Below are positions 1-8,863 of a stretch of 64,000 nt of DNA, in pieces. This DNA comes from Chloroflexota bacterium (GTDB lineage Bacteria; Chloroflexota; Anaerolineae; UBA4142), in assembly GCA_016219275.1 (NCBI GenBank), contig JACRBM010000033.1, positions 50,843 to 114,842 of the forward strand, written 5' to 3'. The translations under genes were made by a program, and so were the position numbers. Every line of letters begins with the position of its first letter. Positions within the stretch are counted from its first letter, which is position 1. A model generated the notes under the pieces. It saw nothing but the letters and a program-made list of their open reading frames with translations. It searched no databases and was not told the DNA's origin.

Positions 1-846
1 CCGCGCCTCGAAAAACTCTTGCCACTATTATGTGACGCGTACTCAAGCATCGCGGTTTCCGTACCGCCACAGGCACACGCGGACGATGTTCGCGCGTTGG
101 AGCAACTCGGCATTGCGGTCGTCGTCACGCGCGATTGGTCGCACGGGCGACACGCCGCGTTGAAACGCGCGATGGAATCGGACGCGACACACATCCACTA
201 TAACGACCTCGACCGTTTGTTGCGCTGGGTCGAAACGCGCCCGGAGGAATGGCGCGACACCACCGCTCGCGTTCAGCAATGCGATTGCCTCGTCGTTGGG
301 CGCACCGAATGTGCGTACGCCACGCATCCGCGCGCGCTCGTCGAGACCGAAGCGATTAGCAATCTCGTTGTTTCATCTTTGCTTGCCAACTGTCATTGCG
401 CGCCGCCAAGCGGCGAAGCAATCCCCAATTCACACGCGGAGATTGCTTCGCAAAGACCGCTCGCAATGACAACGCCAACATCCGCGTTCATCCGCCCGCC
501 AGGCGATGCGCGTCCAATTGATCTCAGCGCCGGCTCGAAAGGGTTCAGTCGTCGTGCGGCGGAATTTCTCATCGCACACAGTCCGCCCGGTCGCGCGCTT
601 GGAATGGATGCCGAGTGGATCGTGCTATTGCAGCGCGCCGGATTCGCGATTGAATACATCAAGGTCGAGGGACTGGACTGGGAATCCGCGGATCAATTCG
701 CGGTCAACGCGGCGGACGCCGAGATGCAACGTCGCGCGGCGGAGCGATACGACGCCGATCCGAAACACTGGGCGCGACGCGTCGCGGTCGCAATGGAAAT
801 TGTGCATGCAGGTCTGGACGCGGCACAGCGAACATTGAAAGAATAA
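1..846 (+). CDS. hypothetical protein; 5' end probably upstream of the window
   Basis: Frame 1 is open from nt 1 (ORF track starts at TTG 19); stop TAA 844-846. No assignable motif. Carries an in-frame nested palindrome at 392-470. Confidence 0.45.
   Translation, partial: PRLEKLLPLLCDAYSSIAVSVPPQAHADDVRALEQLGIAVVVTRDWSHGRHAALKRAMESDATHIHYNDLDRLLRWVETRPEEWRDTTARVQQCDCLVVGRTECAYATHPRALVETEAISNLVVSSLLANCHCAPPSGEAIPNSHAEIASQRPLAMTTPTSAFIRPPGDARPIDLSAGSKGFSRRAAEFLIAHSPPGRALGMDAEWIVLLQRAGFAIEYIKVEGLDWESADQFAVNAADAEMQRRAAERYDADPKHWARRVAVAMEIVHAGLDAAQRTLKE
392..470. repeat. nested inverted repeat inside a CDS
   Basis: Outer arms GTCATTGCG (392-400) / CGCAATGAC (462-470). Inner arms GCGAAGCAATC (413-423) / GATTGCTTCGC (441-451). 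Confidence 0.6.
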
Positions 847-868
847 CCGCTTGGCAGTTCGATTTTTT

Positions 869-2077
869 ATGAACCCACGAATTATTCTCAAACAAGGCAA
901 AGAAAAAAATCTCCTCGCGCGCCATCCCTGGATTTTCTCCGGCGCGATTGCGCGCGCGGACAACGCGCACGATGGTGACACGGTGGACGTGTGCGACGCG
1001 TCCGGTAAATGGCTCGCGCGCGGGTACTACAACGCGCGGTCACAGATCGCGGTGCGCGTGTGGACGTGGAACGACGAGCCGATTGATCGCGCGTTTTTCC
1101 ACGCGCGCCTCACGCGCGCGATTGCCGCGCGCGAATCCTTGGTTGATCGCGCGACGACGGACGCGTACCGATTGGTGAATGCAGAGAGCGACTTGCTTCC
1201 CGGCATGATCGTTGATCGCTACGCCGATTTTGTCGTCGTACAATTCTTGACGCTCGGCGCAGACCGGCGACGCGAGGACATCGTGGCGGTACTGGACGAG
1301 CTTCTTCATCCGCGTGGTATTTACGAACGCAGTGACGTGGACGTGCGCGAGAAAGAGGGACTGGCATCGGTGGTCGGCGTTCTGCACGGCGATGAACCGC
1401 CCGACCGCGTGGAAATTCGCGAGAATAGTTTTCGTTTGTTGGTGGATGTGAAACGCGGACACAAGACAGGGCTTTATTTGGATCAGCGCGAGAATCGGAA
1501 ACGTGTCGCCGAATTGTTCACAGCAGGGGAGCAAGGGAGCAAGGATACAGGGGAGATACTCAACGTGTTTTCCTACACCGGCGGATTTTCGGTGTACGCG
1601 TGCGCGGCGAATGCTAACGCGCGCGCCGTCAACCTCGATGCGTCGCGCGAGGCACTTGATCTCGCGCGCGAGAACATGCGACTGAACGATTGCGCCGCGC
1701 GCGGCGAGTTCGTCGAAGGCGATGCGTTCGTGGTGTTACGAAAATATCGCGACATGGCAAAATCGTTCGACGCGATCATCCTCGATCCGCCCAAGTTCGT
1801 GCACGCGCAATCACAAATGCAATCCGGGTTGCGCGGCTACAAGGACATCAACCTGCTCGCGTTCAAGTTGCTCAAACCAGGCGGCACGCTCGTTACGTTT
1901 TCGTGCTCGGGGCAAGTGAGCGCGCAGATGTTTCAAACCGTCGTTTTTGAAGCCGCGACGGACGCGCATCGCGACGTACAGATCATCGGCAAGTTATCCC
2001 AGTCACCCGACCACCCAATCCTGCTCGCGTTTCCGGAATCCGAATACCTCAAGGGACTCGTTTGCCGCGTATTGTAA
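869..2077 (+). CDS. rlmI: RlmI-like 23S rRNA m5C methyltransferase (PUA-like N-terminus + class I SAM methyltransferase)
   Basis: N-terminal HPWIFSGAI, SAM-binding NVFSYTGGFSVYA and catalytic-region ILDPPKF. ATG at 869 preferred over TTG 851. Confidence 0.8.
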   Translation: MNPRIILKQGKEKNLLARHPWIFSGAIARADNAHDGDTVDVCDASGKWLARGYYNARSQIAVRVWTWNDEPIDRAFFHARLTRAIAARESLVDRATTDAYRLVNAESDLLPGMIVDRYADFVVVQFLTLGADRRREDIVAVLDELLHPRGIYERSDVDVREKEGLASVVGVLHGDEPPDRVEIRENSFRLLVDVKRGHKTGLYLDQRENRKRVAELFTAGEQGSKDTGEILNVFSYTGGFSVYACAANANARAVNLDASREALDLARENMRLNDCAARGEFVEGDAFVVLRKYRDMAKSFDAIILDPPKFVHAQSQMQSGLRGYKDINLLAFKLLKPGGTLVTFSCSGQVSAQMFQTVVFEAATDAHRDVQIIGKLSQSPDHPILLAFPESEYLKGLVCRVL

Positions 2078-2092
2078 AATCTATCCTCGGTC

Positions 2093-2115
2093 CACAAAGA
2101 GAAAATATCTTTGTG
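2093..2115. terminator. weak AT-rich hairpin between convergent genes
   Basis: CACAAAGA (2093-2100) / TCTTTGTG (2108-2115), followed by a TCCTTCGTG x2 direct repeat. Confidence 0.3.
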
Positions 2116-2140
2116 TTCCTTCGTGTCCTTCGTGGGCAAT

Positions 2141-4147
2141 TTATTTTGTTTGGTTCCTACTTTTTTTCCCTCTGAACACGACGACACCTGCCGCAATTCC
2201 CAGGACGATAATCACGCCGACAACCGCCGCGCCGTACTCGACGCGAAACGGCGACGAGGTGAGCGCGATTTCACGCGCGGCGCACGCTTCGACGCGCGTT
2301 TCGTTTTCACCCGCGCGATAGGTGACGCGTCCCTGCGCGAGCGCGGCGCGCCAACCGTTTTGCGCCGATTGAAGCAACGCGCGTTTCAACTGCGCCTCGT
2401 CGTCTTTCGGCGATGCCTTGTCGAGCGACGCGAGGGTTGGTGCGAGCGCATCCAGTTGAGCGGAGAATGCGGCGCACGCGGGCGATAAATCTACCTGCTC
2501 GCGATAATCCAACGATGCGAACCACCCGTCCTCGGAACTGCGCCACGCGATATTTTTCGGCGCAAGCGCCGCGCGCACCAACGCCCAGTCCGGCTGATCG
2601 GGTGTGGCGTGCATCAACGCGTTCAGCTTGTTCATCAAGTCCGCCTCGTTCGCGAACGCGATGTTGAGATTGAGCGTTCCCAGGTCTGCCGAGATTTCCG
2701 CGCCCGCACCCACTTGACGCCAGGTATCCACCGTGCGCGTGAGCGATTGTCGCGTCGCGTCGCCAGGTTGTGGTGTGAGAGAAAACGCGATGACACGCGA
2801 CCCAGGTGTCATCGTGACCTGGGTACGCGAAACGGTGAACGCAGGCGGGCGGTACGTCGCGACAAACGCGTCGCCAAGCGCGGCGCGCGCCTTGTCGGCG
2901 GCAGGCGCGACCTCGTTTTGCTCCAACAACGCGCGCGCCCACGCGAGGTTCAGTGATTTGCGCTGCGCCGCCGCGCGTTCCGTCGTGAACAACGGTCCCG
3001 CGCCATTCGGCATGAGTCCGCGCGCCTTGTCGTAATAACTCGCGGCATCGGCGAATACCCCGCGCGTTTGCGCGTCGAGTCCGAGATAAAAATAATCTTC
3101 GGCGAGTTGCTTGCGCGCGTTCGCATCGTTCGTCGCAAGCACTTGCCACTGCTCGACCGCGAGTTGCACGTACGCCGCGACGCGCGGTCCCGTCGCCGCG
3201 CCGGCGCGCGCTTCGTAGATCGCGGCAAGGGCTTGGCGCGCCGCGCGCTGGTTCGGATCGAGCCGCGCGGCGGTTTCGAGTTCGGCAATCGCTTGAGCGT
3301 AAAAACTATCGCGGCGCGGCGTGTCCGGCAACGCGAGTTGGCGCAACACGTTGCCGAGCGCGGCGCGCGCGTTCGCGTCGTTCGGCGCTTGCTGTGCCGC
3401 GCGGCGTTTCACGTTCAACTCACTCCACACCGCCGGGCGAATGAACGTGAGCGTCGGGTTCGCCACCGGTTCGTTCGTCGTGAAATTCCAACGCAAACTG
3501 CGCCCGTCGAAATGCGGGTTCGGCGGATCGAACGCGATAATCTGTTCGAGCGTCGTGTTTTCCGGAAATTGCATTTCGAGCCGCGCGCTCCCGACACTGC
3601 CCTTCCACCCGGTCGCCGGAAATAAACCGTAGGTAAAACGCGGCACGAGACTGTCACCCAGGTCTTGTTGAAAATCGAACCGCACCGTTTTCTTTTCGTC
3701 GCCGGCGATCGCGAGCGTGAAGGTGTACCAATCCACGTTGCGTACTTCTTTGCCGATTCTGAGATCGGCTTTCGCCGGATTCAACGTGTTTATTTTCTTG
3801 CCCTCCAGCGTCACGATGAACACATCGAGTCGCGCGGGGTCGAAGGTGTACGCATCGCCCGCCCAAGCCGGAAAACCGACCGCGATGGAGAGATCATTGA
3901 GCCGGTCGGTGTTGTGAAGTTTGAACGTCGAATTGCCGGTGATGACTGTGCGACCGTTGATCTCGACAATCTCCGCGTCAAGCGTGAGCGCGGTTAACTC
4001 GATGGGTGTGTCGCGCGTGAGCGGCGCGAGTGCGATCGGCACGTTGATCGCAACGGCTTGCGCGCGCGTCGAGTGCGGCAGCACGAATACAATCGCGAGG
4101 AGCGCAACAATTATTGTCGCGAGCAAAATCGTTTTGGTGAATCGCAT
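2141..4147 (-). CDS. secreted, C-terminally membrane-anchored protein with a central TPR-like helical region; function unknown
   Basis: N-terminal signal-like MRFTKTILLATIIVALLAIVFVLPHSTRAQA and C-terminal hydrophobic helix GAAVVGVIIVLGIAAGVVVF followed by RGKKSR. The middle is Ala-rich and helical-repeat-like. Confidence 0.6.
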   Translation of the reverse strand: MRFTKTILLATIIVALLAIVFVLPHSTRAQAVAINVPIALAPLTRDTPIELTALTLDAEIVEINGRTVITGNSTFKLHNTDRLNDLSIAVGFPAWAGDAYTFDPARLDVFIVTLEGKKINTLNPAKADLRIGKEVRNVDWYTFTLAIAGDEKKTVRFDFQQDLGDSLVPRFTYGLFPATGWKGSVGSARLEMQFPENTTLEQIIAFDPPNPHFDGRSLRWNFTTNEPVANPTLTFIRPAVWSELNVKRRAAQQAPNDANARAALGNVLRQLALPDTPRRDSFYAQAIAELETAARLDPNQRAARQALAAIYEARAGAATGPRVAAYVQLAVEQWQVLATNDANARKQLAEDYFYLGLDAQTRGVFADAASYYDKARGLMPNGAGPLFTTERAAAQRKSLNLAWARALLEQNEVAPAADKARAALGDAFVATYRPPAFTVSRTQVTMTPGSRVIAFSLTPQPGDATRQSLTRTVDTWRQVGAGAEISADLGTLNLNIAFANEADLMNKLNALMHATPDQPDWALVRAALAPKNIAWRSSEDGWFASLDYREQVDLSPACAAFSAQLDALAPTLASLDKASPKDDEAQLKRALLQSAQNGWRAALAQGRVTYRAGENETRVEACAAREIALTSSPFRVEYGAAVVGVIIVLGIAAGVVVFRGKKSRNQTK

Positions 4148-4155
4148 CGTTACTC

Positions 4156-4196
4156 AAAAAAAACGAGGGTTGCCGAAATTCGTGTGCAACCCCCGT
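4156..4196 (-). terminator. hairpin plus T8 tract after the GAF kinase gene (possibly leaky/attenuating)
   Basis: On the minus strand ACGGGGGTTGC...GCAACCCTCGT (11-bp stem, 1 mismatch) is followed by TTTTTTTT. The T tract ends only 8 nt before the next ATG (4147). Confidence 0.55.
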
Positions 4197-4203
4197 TGGT
4201 AGA

Positions 4204-5454
4204 TTAATTTCCGTTCGATTCGGATGGCGGTTTGAGCGGGATCGCCAGCGTCACTTTGGTGCCCTTGCCGATTTTCGAATCAATCGTCAGTTTGCCGCGC
4301 GCGAGTTCTGCGCGTTCTTTCATGTTCAACAAACCGAGCGAGCCGCGTTGCGCGTACGCTTCTTCCACACTCGCCACGTCAAAACCCTTGCCATCGTCGC
4401 GCACGCTCAACACCAATATCTCTGGCGTTTCACGCGCGGAAATCCAGATGCTTTTGGCGTGCGCGTGTTTCTTGGCGTTGCCCACCGCTTCTTGAACGAT
4501 CGAAAATACCGCGCCCTCGATCTTGGGCGCAAAACGCATCGTGATATCGTCCGCTTCGAGAAACACCGGGGTGCCGTTCGCCTCGCGTAAACGTTCGACG
4601 TAGACTTGGAGCGCGGCGTGCAAACCCTGGGTTTCGAGCGCGACGGGACGCAAATCGAACAGCATGTTGCGAACCTGGTGCATCGCCGTCGTCGCGAGGC
4701 GTTCGAGATCGGTGACTTCGGTATCGGTGCGTTCGGGCTGGCGCGCGATGACGTTGCGGAGATGCTTGAGTCCCATCACGAGCGACGCGAGAATTTGCGA
4801 TGGACCGTCGTGCAGATCGCGCGCAAGTTCGCGGCGCACTTCTTCTTCGACTGCGAGGATGCGGTCGCGCTCGGCAACGATTTGCTGATACAATCGCGCG
4901 TTCTCGATCACGATGGCGGATTGCGCGGCGAATGCCATCAACAATTCCTGGTCGTCGGCGTTAAAACGTTCGCCCGATTGTTTGTTCAATACTTCGATGA
5001 CGCCGATGGGATTGCTTTTATAAATCAGCGGCGCGGCGAGCAGTGACACGGTTTGAAACGCGAGCGTCTCATCCATGCGCGTCAAAAAGCGCGGATCGGA
5101 GGCGGCGTGATGGACGGTCGCCGGCAAACGCCGCGTAAAGACCCAGCCCGCGATGCCTTCGTCGGTGCGGATGCGTTTGTTGAGCAGGGCTTTGCCGCCG
5201 CCGCCTTGCACGACCTGAAACACCAATTCGTTCGTGGTTTTGTCGAGCAACAGCAACGAACCAGCCGTCGCCTTCAACACGTCCATCGCGTTCGAGAGAA
5301 TGAGCGCGAGCAAACGATCCAGGCGCAGTTCGGACGCAAGCGTATGCGCGACTTCTTGCAGCGTTTCGAGCGCGGCAATGCGCTGTTCTAAGAGAGCAAT
5401 TTTCTTTTCAAGTTCTGGGCGAGTGCGTTCGCCTAACGAACCAGGCGCATCCAT
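4204..5454 (-). CDS. GAF domain sensor histidine kinase (HisKA_3 + HATPase_c)
   Basis: N-terminal coiled coil, then a GAF-like region (IAGWVF...LLAAPL...VIEVLNK). H-box DLHDGPSQ; ATPase motifs NAKKHA, DDGKGF and GSLGLLNMKERA. Confidence 0.85.
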   Translation of the reverse strand: MDAPGSLGERTRPELEKKIALLEQRIAALETLQEVAHTLASELRLDRLLALILSNAMDVLKATAGSLLLLDKTTNELVFQVVQGGGGKALLNKRIRTDEGIAGWVFTRRLPATVHHAASDPRFLTRMDETLAFQTVSLLAAPLIYKSNPIGVIEVLNKQSGERFNADDQELLMAFAAQSAIVIENARLYQQIVAERDRILAVEEEVRRELARDLHDGPSQILASLVMGLKHLRNVIARQPERTDTEVTDLERLATTAMHQVRNMLFDLRPVALETQGLHAALQVYVERLREANGTPVFLEADDITMRFAPKIEGAVFSIVQEAVGNAKKHAHAKSIWISARETPEILVLSVRDDGKGFDVASVEEAYAQRGSLGLLNMKERAELARGKLTIDSKIGKGTKVTLAIPLKPPSESNGN

Positions 5455-5477
5455 AAATATTCACGATCCTTACTAAA

Positions 5478-7151
5478 TCAGTCCGCGGGATTTTTGCGCG
5501 GACGTGGAGCGAGCAGTTTCCGAATGTACGGCACTTGAATCCGCGCGGCGTCTTCGCCGGCTTGAATGATTTCATTCACTTTGTCGTACTCGCGCAAATG
5601 ATAACGCGCAACATCCGGCGCGATCAGCACATCCAAGGGTTGCAACCGGGAGCGAATGATTTCGCTCTCCATAATTTCCCGTTCACCCAACATCACGTCC
5701 ACCAGGTTCGGCGAACGATTGTCGCGTTTCATGCGTTGCAGGCGCAAACGATCTTGCGGCGTGGGGATCACGCTAGACGCGATGATGATGCTCATGCCGC
5801 GTTCGCCCAGTACGCGCGTCGGCACGGGATTCGTCGCGCCGCCGTCAATCAAGAACCGCCCTTCGTATTCGACCGGTTCGAGCAGACCGCCAATGCTCAT
5901 GCTCGCGCGCACGGCTTGGGCGAGCGGTCCGCGTTCAAAAACAATCTCTTCGCCAGACACCAAATCCGCCGTCACCACCGCGAACGGGATTTGTAATTCG
6001 GCAAACGCCTTGTCTTCGAGTTGTGTGCGCAGATGACGCAACAACGCATCGCCTTTGATCAAACCCGAGCGCGGCGGCAGCCGCACATCCCAGTTCCGAA
6101 AACCAGTGAACGGATTGTACTCGCGATGCACCGTACCGGCGAATTTGATCAGATCGTCAATCGGTCTGCCCGCCGCGAACATCGCGCCGAAAAACGCGCC
6201 CGCGCTCGTGCCCGAAATCATATCCAAGGGGATATTTTCTTCGCGCAATACTTTGAGCACGCCGATGTGCGCGATGCCACGCGCATTGCCGCTCGACAAC
6301 GCCAAACCGATCTGTCGCCGCGCGAGTCGCCGCGCGACGCGATGGATGTCCTCCGCCGTATCATTCGCGAAGAGGCGATGACGCGGCGCGATGATCTCGC
6401 CTTGAAAGGCAAACGACGCGCCAATGACGACGCGCAGATCGGATTGGTCCACCGCCTTCAACACCAAGGGGCTTTCGACGGGAGGAATCCAGAGCAAAGC
6501 CCAGTAAAAGCGTTTGAGCAGTTCGCTCAACTGCGCGGGCAATCGTTCGGCAGGCACCCCTTCGCCGGCATACGTGTAATACACGTGATTCGGCGCGAGC
6601 GTCGCGGGGTCGAGCGGTTGATTGCTTCCACCCAAATCCAAAAGCGCGACATCCTCGGCGCTGACTTGCGCGAGATGTTCGGCGAGCATCGGTGCGCAAT
6701 CGCCGATCACCGCGATGACCGTCATCTCTTTCGGCTGGATCGGCGCGTTCAACGAACGGCGCAACCGCGCGTGCAATTCGCGAATGATCGTCATCGCCAT
6801 CGGCGGGTACTGCGCGAGCAACGCGAGCAAGTCGGCGTGACTCAACAACAAAAATTCGGCGTCAATCACGACATAGACGCTGGCGGAGTGATTGCCGCCA
6901 AACAGCGCCGCGCCTTCGCCGAAAAAGTTTCCCGGACCGAGATACAGAATGAACCGGGCTTCGCCGCGTTGCTCGGAAACGATTTTGACAAGACCGCTTT
7001 CGATAAAGTACATCGAATCGTCGGGTTCGCCGGATTGAAAAACGGATGCGCCTTTACGCAAGCGGCGGCATTGCAAGCGTTGGGCAACCGCGTCCAATTC
7101 TTCATCGCGGAGTGTGCTAAAGAAGGGAATTTTACGTAGGCGTTCTCTCAT
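5478..7151 (-). CDS. cyclic-nucleotide-binding domain + patatin-like phospholipase (paralog B)
   Basis: CNB domain with FGEGAALFGGNHSASV. Patatin motifs SSGNARGIAHIGV, GTSAGA and FLIDGGATNPVP. Confidence 0.9.
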   Translation of the reverse strand: MRERLRKIPFFSTLRDEELDAVAQRLQCRRLRKGASVFQSGEPDDSMYFIESGLVKIVSEQRGEARFILYLGPGNFFGEGAALFGGNHSASVYVVIDAEFLLLSHADLLALLAQYPPMAMTIIRELHARLRRSLNAPIQPKEMTVIAVIGDCAPMLAEHLAQVSAEDVALLDLGGSNQPLDPATLAPNHVYYTYAGEGVPAERLPAQLSELLKRFYWALLWIPPVESPLVLKAVDQSDLRVVIGASFAFQGEIIAPRHRLFANDTAEDIHRVARRLARRQIGLALSSGNARGIAHIGVLKVLREENIPLDMISGTSAGAFFGAMFAAGRPIDDLIKFAGTVHREYNPFTGFRNWDVRLPPRSGLIKGDALLRHLRTQLEDKAFAELQIPFAVVTADLVSGEEIVFERGPLAQAVRASMSIGGLLEPVEYEGRFLIDGGATNPVPTRVLGERGMSIIIASSVIPTPQDRLRLQRMKRDNRSPNLVDVMLGEREIMESEIIRSRLQPLDVLIAPDVARYHLREYDKVNEIIQAGEDAARIQVPYIRKLLAPRPRKNPAD

Positions 7152-7181
7152 GGCATTGTTCCGATTCGACCTCGTAGACGT

Positions 7182-8861
7182 TTATGCATTCATCGGTTTG
7201 CGTGGACGCGGCGCGAACAATTGCCGGATGGTGGGTAGCTGTGCGCGCGCGGCTTCTTCACCGCGTTGGATCAATTCGCGGACTTTGTCATATTCGAACG
7301 TGCCATAGCGCGCAATGTTGGGCGAGATGAGCACATCTACCGGACCCATCCGCGTGCGGATGATCTCGCTCTCCATTATTTCTTGCGCGCCCATGATGAT
7401 GCCGAGAAAGTTGGGCAGTTTCCCTTCGCGCTTGAGTTCGCGGCGATGCAATCGGTCTTCGAGACTGGGAATGACGCTACTCGCCAAGATGATGTTCGCG
7501 CCGCGATCGGCAAGCAATTGCGTCGGCACGGGATTGACCGAGCCGCCGTCAATCAAGAAGCGTCCCGCTACCGACGCCGGTTCGAGCACGCCGATCACGC
7601 TCATGCTTGCGCGGACGGCTTCCGCCACGGGTCCTCGATCAAACACAATCTCTTCGCCAGAAATCAAGTCGCACGCAATAATATACATAGGGACAGTCAA
7701 ATCGTCAAATGTTTTGTTGCCGAGCATTTGGCGGAAATAACCGAGAACCATATCGCCTTTGATCAAACCGGAGCGCGGCGGGATGCGAAAATCCCAAAAG
7801 CGAAAGCCAGTCATAAAATTGTACTTGTTCCGCACATCGTCGGCGAACGCGAAAATCTCGTCGAACGAGCGTCCCGCCGCGTAGAGCGAGCCGAACACGG
7901 CGCCGGCGCTGGTGCCGGCGATCAGGTCAATCGGGATGCCTTCTTCTTCGAGCACTTTGAGCACGCCGATATGCGCCATGCCGCGCGCGTTGCCGCTGGA
8001 AAGCGCGATGCCGACCACGCGTTGCGCGATACGCCGCGCAAGTCGCTGAATCGCCTTGTCGCTCGAATCCGCGTGCCACAACCCTTTCGGCGCGACATTA
8101 CGCAACCACGCCGGTTCGTCATCGCCAACCTGGACCGTAATGTCCGCCAATTCCATCGCCTTGAGCGTGAGCGGGGTTTCGTATGGCGAGACGCACAATA
8201 ACACCCAATAAAATTGCTCGACGAGGCGGCTCAGGTATCCCGCCAAGGTTTCGGTATCGAGTTGCGCGTCGCGGATGAGCGTCACATTCGCGCGCGCCAA
8301 CATGCCCTGGCTTAAGGTCACATTCGCCAGTCCACCCAGGTCGAGCACGGTCACGGGTTCGCCGGTCACCTGGGCAAGGTAACGCGCGAGCGTAGGCGCG
8401 GCGCGTCCCACCGTCGCAACGATGTTGAACTCTTCGCGCAACACGGGCGTTTGCTGCGACTTGCCCAAGCGGCGACCCAGTTCGCGCGTCATCATCAACG
8501 CGATGGCGGGGTGTTGTTGCAATAACTCTTCGAGATCGTGCTGCCGCAGCACAAGCAAATCCGCGTCAATCACCACGCGCACGGTCGCCGAACGCTTTTC
8601 GGCGAGCAGCAGCGCCATCTCGCCGAAGAAATTGCCGGGACCGAGATAGTTGTAAATTTTTTCGCGCCCGCTTTTCTCGGAGACAACCTTGACCTGCCCA
8701 CTCTCGATGATGTACATACAATCGCCCGGTTCGTCTTCCGCAAAGACGATCGCGCCTTTGTGATAATGCTCACGCTGGAGACGCCGCGAAATTGCGTCCA
8801 GGACAGTATCATCTAGTTCGTTGAAAAAGGGAATCTGCCGCAGGTCGTGTTTACTAGCCAT
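7182..8861 (-). CDS. cyclic-nucleotide-binding domain + patatin-like phospholipase (paralog A)
   Basis: CNB domain with the canonical cassette FGEMALLLAEKRSATV. Patatin motifs SSGNARGMAHIGV, GTSAGA and FLIDGGSVNPVP. Confidence 0.9.
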   Translation of the reverse strand: MASKHDLRQIPFFNELDDTVLDAISRRLQREHYHKGAIVFAEDEPGDCMYIIESGQVKVVSEKSGREKIYNYLGPGNFFGEMALLLAEKRSATVRVVIDADLLVLRQHDLEELLQQHPAIALMMTRELGRRLGKSQQTPVLREEFNIVATVGRAAPTLARYLAQVTGEPVTVLDLGGLANVTLSQGMLARANVTLIRDAQLDTETLAGYLSRLVEQFYWVLLCVSPYETPLTLKAMELADITVQVGDDEPAWLRNVAPKGLWHADSSDKAIQRLARRIAQRVVGIALSSGNARGMAHIGVLKVLEEEGIPIDLIAGTSAGAVFGSLYAAGRSFDEIFAFADDVRNKYNFMTGFRFWDFRIPPRSGLIKGDMVLGYFRQMLGNKTFDDLTVPMYIIACDLISGEEIVFDRGPVAEAVRASMSVIGVLEPASVAGRFLIDGGSVNPVPTQLLADRGANIILASSVIPSLEDRLHRRELKREGKLPNFLGIIMGAQEIMESEIIRTRMGPVDVLISPNIARYGTFEYDKVRELIQRGEEAARAQLPTIRQLFAPRPRKPMNA

Positions 8862-8863
8862 GT

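Noticed and set aside
6021-7139. 372-aa plus-strand ORF antisense to the CNB-patatin paralog B gene (similar ones at 7266..8201 and 9662..10819).
   Set aside because: It overlaps genes with clear catalytic motifs on the opposite strand. The translation is Arg/His/Asp-rich and low-complexity, with no motif. Long antisense ORFs are expected in GC-rich DNA.
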